Of a stretch of DNA of 64,000 nucleotides, positions 1 to 13,928 are shown one piece after another. Both the position numbers and the translations under genes were made by a program. The notes beneath the pieces were generated by a model. That model was not told the DNA's origin. It ran no database searches and worked only from the letters and a program-made list of their open reading frames with translations. Every line of letters starts with the position of its first letter. The first letter of the stretch is position 1. The DNA comes from Sphyrna mokarran (taxonomy: Eukaryota): positions 65,286,001-65,350,000 of the forward strand of contig JAGIQG010000009.1 of NCBI GenBank assembly GCA_024679065.1. Reading direction: 5' to 3'.

Positions 1-183
1 AGGATTTTCACAGTAACTTAATTGCATTGTTAATGTAAGCCTACTTGTGACAATAATAGATAAACTTCAAAAACATTATCAGAATTGACCAACTACTTAA
101 ATTATGGCAACTATGCTTTATAGCCTCCAAGAACACTGAACAGCAGCCTGTAAAATTCTTAAGCAGTTTCATCATTACAGACT

Positions 184-1039
184 GTGTTATAATGACCAAC
201 TTTTTTTTGTGATTTTGTTGCTGAATAACTATTGAAGTATTGGCAGGACACCAAGAAAACTCCTTTGGTCCACTGGATATTTAGTGTTTGTGTTTACGGT
301 CGATGAGACCTTGGTTTAATATCTCATCCGTTGGAAGTGCACTCGATGGTGTACCTAGATTCACATTTATAAACCTAGATTCACATTTTTTTCTGTCAAT
401 TAGACAGCAGTTATTATCTCTCAGGCCTTATGCACAACTACTATTTATTTGCTTCAAAAATATTAAGCTAATTTCATAGGTCTGCTCTAATTTACTCATC
501 CAATCTGAGGTATATGCCACATTGGTCAACTACTATGAGCATTTAATTTTTGACATCAAGTATATAACCAAAGTTTGTGTTATAAATTTCTACCAGTGAT
601 GTCACAAAATCAATCCACATACTCTACAACATTTATAAATTTCAAGGTGGCAGCTTGCAATCACCTTCTCAAGAGTAGTGATAAACAATGAATGCTGGCC
701 TAGCCAGTAAAGCGCACGTTGTGTGGAAGGATAAATTTTTTAAAAAGGTGAATATCTCGCCTTTAAATATTCCTACCTAAATAATCATCAGCCATGATGC
801 AGTAACTATCATTCCCATCTGAGTCAATATGTTGTGGGTTCAAGTTCCTCATCAGAGCTTGAGCAGCTCTACACCATCGAGTGCACTTCCAACGGATGAG
901 ATATTAAACCAAGGTCTCATCGACCGTAAACACAAACACTAAATATCCAGTGGACCAAAGGAATTTTCTTGGTGTCCTGCCAATACTTCAATAGTTATTC
1001 AGCAACAAAATCACAAAAAAAAGTTGGTCATTATAACAC
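184..1039. repeat. Near-perfect inverted repeat: arms 184-353 and 870-1039 (170 bp), spacer 516 bp
   Basis: Base-by-base comparison gives one mismatch; arms resemble a decayed Deu-domain SINE (cggatgagatattaaaccaaggtc). Confidence 0.95.
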
Positions 1040-1049
1040 CAGTGCATAC

Positions 1050-2500
1050 AGACCATAAAGAATTTGCCATGTGAAATTTGGATGATCAGCTACTTCTGGA
1101 GTACAAGTCTTCAGCACTATTGCCAGAATGTTTTCAGTGCCCATTTCTTTTGCAGTATTCTGTGCCTTCAGCCATTTCTTGATGACATGTGAAGTGAATT
1201 TAACTGACTGAAGGCTAGCTAGTATCTGTGAAGCTAGGGACCTCAAGAGCTCGAAATTGATCCTGCACTTGGCACTTCTGGCTGAAGATGGCTGCAAATG
1301 CTCCAAACCTTATCTTTTGCACTGATGTTCCCAGCTTCCCCATCAAGGATGACAATATTTGTACAGCCTCCTCCTGCAGTTAGCTGTTAATTCTCCATTA
1401 CTACTCATGACTAGCTGTGATAGGATTGCAAATCTTAGATCTCATCTGTTGGTTTTTGGGACAATTTAGTTTTATTTATCATATGCTGTCCTACTGCTTT
1501 GCATTTAAGTAGCCTTGCCTTGTTGCTTCACCAAGTTGACACTTCATTTCTAGGTATGCCTGGTGCCATTCCTGGCATGCCCTCTGCACTCTTCATTGAG
1601 CAAAGCTCAGCCTGGCTTAATGGTAATAGTGGATGATATGCCAGGCCATGCAATAACAGGTTGAATACTAATGCTGCTGCTGGCCCCTTCACCAATAGGA
1701 TAGATAATCAATGTTGAGTTGTTAGATCCATTTGAAATTCTCATTTGGCAAGGTGGTAATGCCACATAACACAATGGTGGGTACCCTCAAAATAAAAACA
1801 AGACTTTGTACCTATAAGGACTATACGGTTGTCACTCCTATCAATACTGTCATGTATAGACACATCTGCAATAAGTAGGTTGGCAAGAAAGTCAAATAGG
1901 TTATCCTCTCACCATCTGCCATAGGCCCCATCTTCAGTTAGTTCAAATTAGTAGTGATGTTACCAAGTCACTCCATGAGATTGCAACTGAAGTCCACCGA
2001 CTAGAGCGCATTCTGTGCTTTTGCAATCCTCAGTGCTTCTTCTCAGTGATGTTCAATTTGGAGTACTGATTCATTAGTTAACAGGGCTGGCAGGACAATT
2101 ATCGGTGATTAGCAGGAGGTTTACTTGCCCATGTTTGACCTGGCAGTTGAGAACCCTTGGGGCAACACCCTCCTAACTTTATATCACAGTGCCACCACCT
2201 CTGGTAGATCTGTCCTGTCAATAAGGACATACCCAAGGATGGTGCGAGAACGAGGACGAGAATCACACCATGGTGCTAATACATGTAAACCCACGCAACA
2301 GCATCAATTCCATGAGAATGACTATAAGGCTGTTTCTTGTCTAGTCTATGAACAGCTTTCCCCATTTTGGCACAAGCCCCAGGTATTTGTAAGGAAGACT
2401 TTTCAATGTCGACAGGACTGGGTGTGATCTTGTTGCTTTCAATGCCTAAGTCGATGCCAGGTGATCCATCTGGTTTCATTTCTTTCTGACTTTGTAGCAA
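1050..2500 (-). mobile_element. Old decayed CR1/L2-superfamily LINE fragment (endonuclease-proximal ORF2)
   Basis: Degenerate ORF2-like peptides; pieces that appear to belong to the same family occur at about 10960-11890, 33290-34320 and 37036-37620. Confidence 0.6.
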
Positions 2501-2736
2501 TTCATCATAACTGAATGGCTTGCTAGGCCATTTCAGAAAGTTTTCAAGAGTCAACCATATTGCTATAGTCTGGAAACATATGCAGGCCAAACTAGGTAAA
2601 GTTAGCAGATTTGACCACAGCATAGTCCTTAAAGATACAAAGCCCTGTTTTCATTTTGAGGATACCCTACCATTGTGTTATGTGACATTACCACCTTATT
2701 AAATGAGATAATTTTGAATGGATCTAACAACTCAAC
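1713..2736. repeat. Older inverted duplication: arms 1713-1834 and 2612-2736
   Basis: Reverse-complement match of roughly 80-85% by eye. Confidence 0.85.
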
Positions 2737-2925
2737 TTTGGGACCAGCTGGCTTTTTATGACAATTGTTTGATGGTCAACAATACTAACATTTCAATTCA
2801 GATTTATTAACTGAATTTAAATTCCCCAGCTATCATTGTAGGATTTGAACCCATAACTCGAGCTTTGACCTGGGCCCCTGGATTACTGGTCCAGTGACAT
2901 TACCATTACCCCACTGTACTCCCAC
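2505..2925 (-). mobile_element. tRNA-derived SINE (family also at about 3960-4380 -, 39790-40120 -, 49651-49995 +)
   Basis: B-box-like ggttcaaatcc; body shared among the four copies; 3' tail shared with the old LINE family. Confidence 0.7.
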
Positions 2926-4895
2926 TTCCATCAAAATATCATAATTGTTGCTTTACTTCTCACATACAGGATGCATAAAATCAACATTATGGAACAGTAA
3001 AACTTTACACTTAATAACAGTTTATACACAACAAGCTGGGCATCATTTTATAAGCAAAATGAAAGAAAAAAATTAAACTTAACCGACTGTTCATCTTACA
3101 TAACCACATTAGACAGTCTCACTCCGGGATATTTATATCTATCACAAATTTCATATTGCTTTATATTCATGTTTGTTCCAACCAAGTCTAAAAGTACCAA
3201 TTCTGTCTGGGCTACAGTTTCAAACATATCTTTACTACCAAGCAACATTTTTCCATGAGTCCGGATGAAGTAGTCAGTTGGAGCATTGCAATTTCTTCAG
3301 CAAGCTCAGCAAAGACTCGAGGGGTGGGGTGGGGGAGGTGGTGATAGTGGTGGTAGTGGTGAGGAATCAATGGTGCTAATATTTGTAAACCCATGAAACA
3401 GCATCAACCTATATCCATAAAGTACATTTAATGTAATGAAGCATCCCAAGATGCTTTGTAGGAGCATTATAAAACAAATTATGATACTAAGTCACATAAG
3501 GAGATACTGGGTGAGATGACCAAAAGGTCAAAGATGATGATTTTAAAGGAGTGTCTCAAAAGGAGAAAATTGTGGGAGAGAGGCAGAGGCATAATGCCAA
3601 CTGAATGCACATCCACCAATGATTCAGCAATTAAAACTGGGAATCTACAAGAGATCAAAATTAGAGGACGACAGATATTTCAGATGGCTATGCAGCTATA
3701 AATTAGTGATAGGAAGGGGTAAGGCTCAGGAAGAATTTGAAAATAAACATGAGAATTTTAAAAAGTAGACTTTGCTTGACCGAGAGCCAATATAAGACAA
3801 AGACCAAAGGGGCAATAGGAATGAGACACATTGCAAGGTAGGACATGGGCAGCAGAGATTTGGATGGCCTCAAATTCATGAAGGCTAGAATATGGCAGTC
3901 AGGCCAGAAGTCATTGGAATAGTTGACTCGAGAAGTAACAGCAAAATCAGAGTGGGAATTTAGCTCTTTTGAAAATTTTTTTAATGGAACGTGAGCATTA
4001 CTGCCATGATAAGTATCGTTGCCCATTGTTTATTGCCCTAGAACTGAATGACTTGCTAGGCGATATCAAAGGGTAGTTAAAGAGTCGATTATTTCATTGT
4101 GGATCTGGAGTCATATGTAGACTAGGCCAGGCAAGGAGAGCAATTTTTTTTTTCCCTAAAGGATATTAATGAACCAGATGGTATTTTACAACAATTGATG
4201 ATAGTTTGTGGTCAACGTATGAAACCTTCAATTCCATATTTTTATTAACGGAATCTAAATTCCAACAGCTATTATGCTGGGATTTGAACACACCCACCAA
4301 GCATTACAAACATACTGGTATATGTTTGTGGACCTCTGGATTACTAATCCTGTGACATCACTACTAAACCACTGTCGCCCCTTAGGAATGGTATGATTAC
4401 AAAGTGGGAAGCTCATCCTCAGAAGAAGCCTGACACCAAGACTACAAGCAAATTGCCAACAGTCTGGGACTAAGCCAGACGGAGGGACGGGCATAGTAGC
4501 CAGGGAATAGAGTTTGAAGTGTGAACCTAAAATAATAGTTTCACTCTTCCCAAAATGTATTTGGAGGAAATTTCTGCTCATCCAGTTCTGATAATAAACA
4601 ATCTGATAATTTAACCACAGTGGAGGAGAGCTGGTGATGAGACAGTGTTGGGTGTTGTCAGTGCATGTGTGAAAATCTTTGCTGTATCTTCAAATGATGT
4701 CACCAAGGGGCAGCACAAAGCTGAGAAGTAGGAGAAGGCAAAGTATAGATCCTGTATATACAACAGAGATAACACTGCAGGAAGGGAAGACATTTCATGT
4801 AATAACCTGGCTCCAATGAGATAGATAAGAATATAAATAGTGAGAGCAATTGCACCCAGCTGGACGATAGTGGAGAAGCATTGAAGAACATACTA

Positions 4896-5189
<294 letters not shown>

Positions 5190-5581
5190 TCAATATTTTT
5201 CCTGCAAATCAGTAATGCAAACTATCTGAAAGTTGCACTGTTATATTTCATTTGAGGATATGAATCTTTTACTATTAGGACCATTTTAATGTAATAAATA
5301 ATTTGAAAATAAATGTGACAGATGGAAAAAGTACTACTAATTACCTGAATTTTTGGGGTTCCCACCTTCCCACCAAAAGTAATAGAACAAATGCATTTGA
5401 ATTTGTGCAGTGCTATTTATGTCTTTACGTTTCACCAAAGCACTTAATGCATTACTTTTATTTAAGTTTTTATTCCATCCAAAAAAAAACAAATTCAAAT
5501 TGAAACCAAATCATGGTCCCCACAGGAAAGACAACGAAGATCCAAGCTACAAGATGAGGCACTGCATCCCAACTTGATCGA

Positions 5582-5605
5582 ACACTTCATCTTAGCCAAA
5601 AGGCC
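5582..5605 (-). pseudogene. U2 snRNA 5' fragment at the head of a short element (about 5476-5605)
   Basis: - strand GGCCTTTTGGCTAAGATGAAGTGT matches U2 nt ~11-34 at 23/24; the rest of U2 is absent. Confidence 0.75.
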
Positions 5606-7802
5606 AAAATGGCTTAAAAAAAATTGCATCAGCCAGTGCCTCGGTTAAACTTCTTTGGTTACCCTGATCAATGACTCTACTCTAAGCCTGGGAAATCAAC
5701 TGGCCTGATCATTAACTTTCACTGCCAGGAATGCATTACATTTTTGAGGTACAGCCACTTCTGAATCAAACAACCAATTTGTGAATGAAGATTCCATTAG
5801 CACCAATGAGAAATAAATGATTGATTAGTTTTTTTTATAAGCACTGGTTAAGAGGTGAATGTTGGTTAAGACGCAAGGACAATTTGTCTGTTCTTTGCAT
5901 TGTTCTGAGATCTCTCACACTCAGCCCATTTAAATAGGCAGATGAGCTCCTGCTCAGTATTTTCCAATAAAATACAGCATTTCCTCTGAATTACAGTGAT
6001 GCTCCAGGATTGGTAATGAGATTAAACTTAAACCTCAACTCAAAAGGCAAATTATGATTCCAGTATTCCAAGTTTACATCTTAGAGATATAGCATATATC
6101 TAATTCTACAGTTTGAACTTATCCTTGAAAATTTTTAAAAAAGGGTATCTAGCTCAAACCAAGTTCCCTTAATTAGAAATAATATTAAGAAAAACATTTA
6201 CTTTTCCCCGATCTAACAGACTTGCTTCTATAGTAATCAGAATAACTAAATTTTTAAGAAGGGCTGCTTGGCAAGCAGAATTTAATCACAATTCCTCTTA
6301 CCCATACTATATATTTGGTCTATGATTTAGGACTGTAACTTTGAGAAGACATGTTAAACTTTGAAAGGCAACAGAATTTTATCTATACTAGTGTTTCAAT
6401 CAAATACAGGGAAAATGGAAAATCAATAGCCAGTAATGGCCTATACCAGAAATAGGCCGAGAGAGAAAGTTCAGGAAAGCTAAAGAGGTAGATCACCATT
6501 AGTTGAGAAATGGACCTTCATTTAAAATGTCATGGAGACAAAGGATTCCCAAAATGGAGTATTTAGGCAATAGTCCTTGGATTACCAGCTGCTATATAAT
6601 ACTGCAGTAACTTTAAAATTCATTAATTACATGCAGTTCTGAAATAAAGAACTATTCTGTTCACAAAACTACTCAACTCTGTAACAATCATGGTGCTAAC
6701 TTGAAAGAAAACACCAAAATGTGCTAATCCTGTCCAAAAATGTATCCCACCTCCATATTAACAGTCCTTCTATTTTATTTTCTTCCATCGAATCCAACAA
6801 TCAAACTCCTAATATTTTTATTTCCTCAGAGTGTCTACTATCCAGTGCAATCTGACAAAAACTTCCATTTGTTGTTGAGGACTAAAAGCCAGAATTTTCC
6901 CATCCTCATTCCCTTTGATTCTACAAATCCAAAGACCTCAGAAGTTTTGAGTCAACAAGGTCCTGAAAATCAATCAAAACAGAATAAACTGTAAAGCTGC
7001 AAAGGTGCATGCATTGATAACCTTTTCTGAAGCCAATGTTAAGCAGGAGTGTGAAAAAAGTGCAAAAGAATGTACATAGATATGCTAGACAGGTGTTTGT
7101 AGACCCTTAACTGCAGGTCCACTATGAAGAAAAGGACAGGAGAACACTGAAGTGAAGTGAAGGTGGCAAATAGCAAAATAGTGAAGGATCAGGATTATGC
7201 AACATTAAGTCAAATCTGCCACAAGGTGGCATAGAAAGCACACCAATGATCTTAGAAAGTAAATTAATATTCAAGTTATTCTAAAATCACAATGACTTTG
7301 GTTAAATTTAGCACAAATTTGAAACCTAAACTGCTAAATTGCCTACAGGTTGCAAATTGAAACAGAGTTTTTTACTTGACCATCCCAGGAGGAGAACACA
7401 AGCAAGGCCATGCTTATTGCCATTTTTAGTTGCTAAGAGTTGGTGATATTTGTACCATTTTTTGGGTAATGGAGTAGCCTGCTAGATGTTTTATACATTA
7501 AAAGTCAATCATAGTGTAGTGTTGCCATGTGTGGCAAGTTCTCTTCCTTGATGATTATTAGTTAAGCAGTTACAATAATTCTTGATAACTGTTTCGTAGA
7601 GGGAAGGAAAACTTTGTCCTATATCAGTGGGGTTATGGAGAAACAATAAGTCTAAATTTTCAAAATCAAGGCTTTTCTTTTTATAAAACTAAGGCAGGGT
7701 TTTCTTTGATCTGAAAACTTCAAATAGGCATAATTTAGAGTGCAATTACTCATTACTACATAATCTTAATTGTACAGAAATGTTTGCAAGATTCATACTT
7801 TA

Positions 7803-7892
<90 letters not shown>

Positions 7893-7999
7893 CTAATTTC
7901 AATAAACCAACTTGTTATTTTTTTTAAACATAACAGCATTTCCAACAAATTATAGAATCTACAAAAAAGGATGAAAGAATGTCAAATATGATATCTCTA

Positions 8000-9240
8000 T
8001 TCAAGAAAAGGAGACTAAAAGCAGGAGATTATAAGCCAGCAAACCTAACATTGGTCATTATGAAATTTATTAAGAATTCATTATTAGAGAACCAGTAGCA
8101 GGACACTCAGAAAATCGTGAAATAAAGTCAACGTAGTCTTATGAAATTGAAATCCAAATCTACTCGAGCTCTTTGAGTATATAACAAATGGAGTAGATAA
8201 AAGGGAATTAGTTACTAATTTGAATTTCCAAAGGCATTCATTAAAGTGTCACACAGAAAGCTACTAAACAAATTAGGAGCTTATGATGTTGGGTGGGATA
8301 CATCAGTGCAAAGAATTGCACTAACAGAAAACAGAGTTATGATAATTGGGTCATTTTCAGGTTGACAAAATGTAACTAGTAGAGTGCCACAGGAATTAAT
8401 GCTGAGGTCTCAACTATTTACAATCTACATTAAAGATTTGCAATGAGAGACAGAGCCAAATTTACTAGTAATACAAAGATAAGTAGAAAGCAAGTCAAGA
8501 AGGGAACATAAAGAGTCCGCAAAGGGATAGATAGGTTAAGTGAGTGGACAGAAATTTGGCTGATGGCAAGTAAAATGTGGGAAAAACATGTGATTATCCT
8601 CTGTGGTAGGAATAATAGAAAAACAAAAATCAGAATTGTGAAGGGCACAGATGTTCTGGTACATGAAGCACAAAATCATATAGTCGCAAGCAAATAGAAT
8701 GTTGACCTTCAATGCAAGGAGAATTAAGTATAAAAGTAGGGAAGTCTTGCTAATAACTATACAGGACACTGATGCGACCAGGCCCAATATACTATGCAAA
8801 TTTTGGTTGCCTGATTGAAGGAGGAATGCAGTTGCAATTCAGAGCATGTTCATTCTTAAGATAAAGAATTGTCTTATGAGGAAAGGTTGAGCAGGTTGGG
8901 CCTATATTGATAGCCAATAAGAATGTGATGATCTCACTGAAAATTAAGATTCTGAAGGGGGAGGAATCTCAAACTACAGAACACAATTCCAGAATTAGGG
9001 ATCTCATTTAAAATGAATATGGGAATAAATTCATCTGAGTTTCATTCATTACTGAATTGTCTACTTGTGAAATGTGTGGAGGCTGTGTTGCTGAATATAT
9101 TCAAGGCTGATTTTTGCCCAAGAATCAAGGATAGTGCACAACAGGTAGGCAAAGTGGAATTGGCACAAAGATTAGATCACTATAGTCTTATTGAACCATG
9201 AAGCAGACTGCATGGCCCACTGCTGCCCCTATTTATTACA
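8000..9240 (+). mobile_element. Old decayed CR1 LINE (RT region to 3' end)
   Basis: Degenerate nucleotide similarity to the younger CR1 copies in the window; many stops. Confidence 0.75.
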
Positions 9241-10039
9241 CTGTTCTTCACCCTAAATCACTTAAAGATGCTTGCTATATTAAAAATGCTGAATAGATGA
9301 AAGTGAATGATGGCAAGTTGCATTAAATACCAACAAGTCTTCTGAAAGAATAAAAGACAGAACTGCAATTTTCAGCATGTGCTGCTGACTCATCCATTTA
9401 CTTGCAGTTTCTCAGTGATAGATTTACTCTTGCCACCTCCTTTTCTTTCATTTCAATACATGCTAATTAGTTTTGCAAATACAAATCTGTCCAGTCCCAA
9501 AAAAATCCTATATATAAAGAAGCAACTGGTCACCCATCTGCTATTAATTACCAATCTCAGTTGAGGAAGGCAAAAATCTAAGCAACCAACAGAACTCATT
9601 CTAAATCACCAGACTTGATGAATATAAGTTTCTGCAATGTCACTGTGACAGGGCAAGCATTGGGAAAATCAATCAGAATAGAATAAAATAGAATTGGGAG
9701 GATAAGATCACCATTATTGGTTTCACCATTCAATAGGTGAAAAGTGGAAAGGAAAGAAAGCAGCAGCAACAAGATGGACAATTAGAAATTTCTCGTAACT
9801 TAAATAAATTAAGGGGATTGTGGGATCTGAGGAGAGGCCAGAAAAGTAGAAAAGGATAAGATTAGTCATGATTGCATTAAATGACAGAGCTGGCTCAAGG
9901 GGCCAAATAGTCTGCCTCTGCTCCCATTTCTTATGATCTTACAATTACTGGTGTGCTATCTACCATTAATTTCTTAATCCATGGAGGTCATATTCGGAAT
10001 TATACAATTATATCAGTCCAGATTGTCCAAACTAATTAC

Positions 10040-10092
10040 CTCTATCCTGGGTTTCTTTAGTTCTGATGATATTTCTTCAGCTGCTCTTTTTA
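10040..10092 (-). CDS. CDC73: CDC73 exon 5 (VKRAAEEISSELKKPRIE; bipartite NLS region)
   Basis: 53 nt; ccag acceptor and gtaatt donor; KR...KKPR motif; separated from exon 4 by a 106-nt intron. Confidence 0.97.
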
Positions 10093-10198
10093 CTGGTGGT
10101 TTACAACAAACAAGAAAAACATGCAAAAGAATGAATTTTGTTTTGTGGATTATTATTGCAAATTTTTTCAAAAGCTCCACAAAATAAACCATAAATAC

Positions 10199-10261
10199 CT
10201 TGCGTTGAGCGTTGCAAACCAATCTCTAGCGGGGCACTTCTGTCTATACTTGCAGATGTTG
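10199..10261 (-). CDS. CDC73: CDC73 exon 4 (PTSASIDRSAPLEIGLQRSTQ)
   Basis: 63 nt; ttttcccag acceptor and gtattt donor; peptide visible in ORF 10101..10298. Confidence 0.97.
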
Positions 10262-12716
10262 CTGGGAAAATAAAAAAATCAGGCATAAAAATATTCATCC
10301 AAAAAAGTTATCAAATAATTCTCTACAGCAAACACTCACAGCTATCCTGCAAAAACTAGGGACACAATTAAAATTTTATACTATATTAATGCAATCTGAA
10401 AAACTTACTTCATTCGTAACCTGATTGCAACACTATTACAAACTTGGCAACATGAAATGTCAGATACAAAACTGGATCAACGCTATATTACCTTAAACTT
10501 CAAAGAAGTGCAAACATGACACATTCAAAAAGCAATTTAACAAAAACAGGAAAAACAAAGTAGTTGTTCATATTTTCCATGTCACCTTTATTGTATTGGA
10601 GTTATGGGTCTATTATGATAGGATACCACGTGTTCATAAAGCATTTAAGCATTCTGAAGTATATAACGTCTCCAAATAATGCAGAAAGATATCAAAACCA
10701 ACACTACATTAATAAATATAACATAGCATTGTTATATCTTCAAGAAGAAAATAATACATTTTAATTTCAAAGGGGTATTTCCTTCATATCTCAGAATATA
10801 GGATAGAATAGTAGTAGATCTTATGTCATTTCCATTTCTTTCAAAGCAGGCTATCTGAAAGAACATGTCATTAACTGAAAGTATAAATCATGGGACCAAA
10901 TCTAGTCCTTCCAGCCATTCTGGAAGCTTAGACAGTTTCAACATCAATTAGAACTTCAGCTAAATCAGTTAGGGAGGCTTTTGATCCAAATGACAGTGAA
11001 GGAATGGCAAAACATTTCCAAGTTAGGATGAGTGCGACTTAGAAACATGTCATGGTGGTGTGGCTACACACCACCTGTCTAGTGGATAAAATTCACATGT
11101 TTGGAAAGTACAAAGGAGCCTTAAGTTGCTGCATATATTCTCCATATGGTATATACCATAGCTACTGCGCACCTGTCATGGAGGGAATCAATGTTTAAGA
11201 TGGGTTGCCAATCAAGGGGTTACTTTGTTCTGGATGAGGTTGAGCTTCTCTAGTGTTGTTGGAATTGCATTCAACCAGGCAACTGTAGCATATTCCATCA
11301 AACCTGTGCCATGTAGATAGTGGACAGGTATTGGAAAGTCAGGTGAACGATGTGCCCAAATTTCCAGTCTCTGACTTGCTCTTGTAGCAATGATGAAGTT
11401 CATCTCGTTAATTTTCTGGTCAATGGGAACCTCCAGAAGTGTGGCATAAATCTTGTTTGCCATTTATCAACCAAAGCCCAAAATATTGTCACAGTCATGC
11501 TACATTGGCATCTGCAGAATCATGAATTGAATTGGAAAAATGTGCAATCACCAATGAACATCCACACTTCTGACTTTATGATGGATAGAAAATCAATGAT
11601 GAAGCAGCTGAAAATGGCTGAGCCTAGAACACTACCCTGAAGAACTCCTGTAGCAATGTCCTATAGTTAGGTGATTGGTGCCAATAACCATAATCATCCT
11701 CCTTTTTGTCAGATATGATTCCAAAAAGTGGCGAGGCTTCCCTTACCTACCACTGACCTCCATATCTCTTGCTAACTTTGATTTTACTAGGGCTTCTTAA
11801 TCTTACAATTAGCCAAATGCTTGCTTGATGCGAAGTGCTGTCACACTCATCTACCTGTGAAATTCAGTTCTTATGTCCATGTTTGGACCATTAGACCAAG
11901 AAACATCAGTTGCTTTCTTCTGTCTGTTCAGGTTAGGGCCAAGGCTCCAATAGTTCTATAACCCAAACTAAACGTCATGTTCAAGGTTGATTACTGCAAA
12001 TCAGTCTCTGATCACATGTGGATAATCTTAGGACATCATTAGTTTGAATATACTCAAAATTCCGAAGTTCTAAGTGATCCTTTCCATGCGTTAGATAACA
12101 GTAAAGCAGTAGGAATGAATTTGAACTTTTGCAGTTCCCAGCCAACTGAGTCAGCTGACACAGGAAAGTGCCAGCAGACATTAATGTGTGAGCATCAAGA
12201 TGGGAAAACAGTCTCAAGTAGATGTGATTTCCCTGCAGCAGAATAACCTGCTGACAATACCATATGGAGTCACACATCAATAACTTGAACAATTTACCAG
12301 AAAATGAATTGTTTCCGTTGAAGAAGCAGGGATTTGCAAAGGTTCTTCTCTGTATTTGTTCAATAGATTTCATGAAGAGCAAGAGGGCCAGCAGGCGCAA
12401 CAGAACACGTAATGGAGCAAATGGAAAGCAACTACATTTTCCTGATCTGATGGTAGAGCATCCTACAGCCTCACTGAGCAGCAACCTCAGCACTCCAGTA
12501 TTCGACACAAAAAGAGTCTACAGGCTCCAAATAATACAAGAACGTAGTATTTTTGAACTCTGTAGAAGATCCATTGAGAAGTGTAGCTCTCAGAAATTGA
12601 TTCTTTCATCTCAAATATCAATAGATGAGGTCTCACTTGCTTTTAAACCTGAATTACTCGCTTTTACTGGAATTTGTCAGCCAGGAACATTGACTTTTAT
12701 AGCATGTCATACTTAC

Positions 12717-12786
12717 GTGTTTCACCATTTAAGTAGCTAAGAAGATCCTTTCTGTCTGGCCTTCGAACAACAGGAATATTTTCTGT
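12717..12786 (-). CDS. CDC73: CDC73 exon 3 (TENIPVVRRPDRKDLLSYLNGET)
   Basis: Manual translation; 70 nt; aatag acceptor and gtaagt donor. Confidence 0.98.
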
Positions 12787-13928
12787 CTATTTAAAAAAAA
12801 TTGAAATATAACATTTTTCTTTTAAAATGCCAATGTAAAATGCACTGATTTAATCATTTACTATACAAAAGATTCAACTGTGTGCATTATTACAGCAAAT
12901 ATCAGCTTTGCTGATGACTTTCAAAATGAAACTGGTTTATTCCCTTTTTTCATTCCTATACCACATAAAAATACATATCAAAATGAAGGCTTTGAATGGA
13001 CTGTCTGCCAGATAGACAACAGTACTTGCAGGCTCATTCCTTCCTACTCTTCAGCTTAATAACTATGCAACTGGGAAAAATTATGCATCTAAAACTATCA
13101 CTACCTCACGAGACCATCCGCACATCATAATACATTACTAGGGCGGCACATATAACTAACAATGGATAATATACTTGATATATCAAAGAAATTAATAATA
13201 AATCCAAGGGCTGGAACTAATTGAGGTTAACGTAAGCAAGCAAACAGTTTTTGAAAAAAATAATAGCACCAAAGACTGACGAATCTCCAGGAACTGATGG
13301 TTTCCAATACAAGTTTTTAAAAGGAAGATTTGGAAATTGGGGATGCTTTAAGCAACAATGTTCCAAAATTTCCATGATTCGGGATTTAGAATAGAAAACT
13401 ACAAATGTAATTCTATTAATGAGAGAAGTAATCATAGACCAGTTGTGTAACATTTGCCCTGGGGAAGTTAGGACAGAGTGAAAGATTTGAGCTGATTAGA
13501 TAGCCAACATGAACTTGCAGTAGACTAACAAATCAAACTGAATTTTTTGTGGGAGTAAATAAAGAGGGAAACAGCAAACTGGTTCTTGGATGTAATTTAT
13601 ATGGGCTTCCAAAAGTGTTCAATAGAATTCCACACAAGAGACTGTTAGATAACATTAAAATCACAAGAATTAAAGGCAAATTATTGATTTGGTTAGGTGC
13701 TGTAAGACAAATGGGGCATTGAGAATGTATTTGAATTGTAAGTGGTAACTTGGGCCCCACAAAGACCTGTGCTGGGCCTCAACAATTCATTGGGTTTATC
13801 AGTGTCTTAGATAACACAAGACAGCCATACATCAATTGCCAAATAAACAAAAACTTAGTAAATAGTGCAAACAGGAGCATGAAGAGATATTTATAGATTA
13901 AATAAATGGACAAAACCATGGCAAATAA

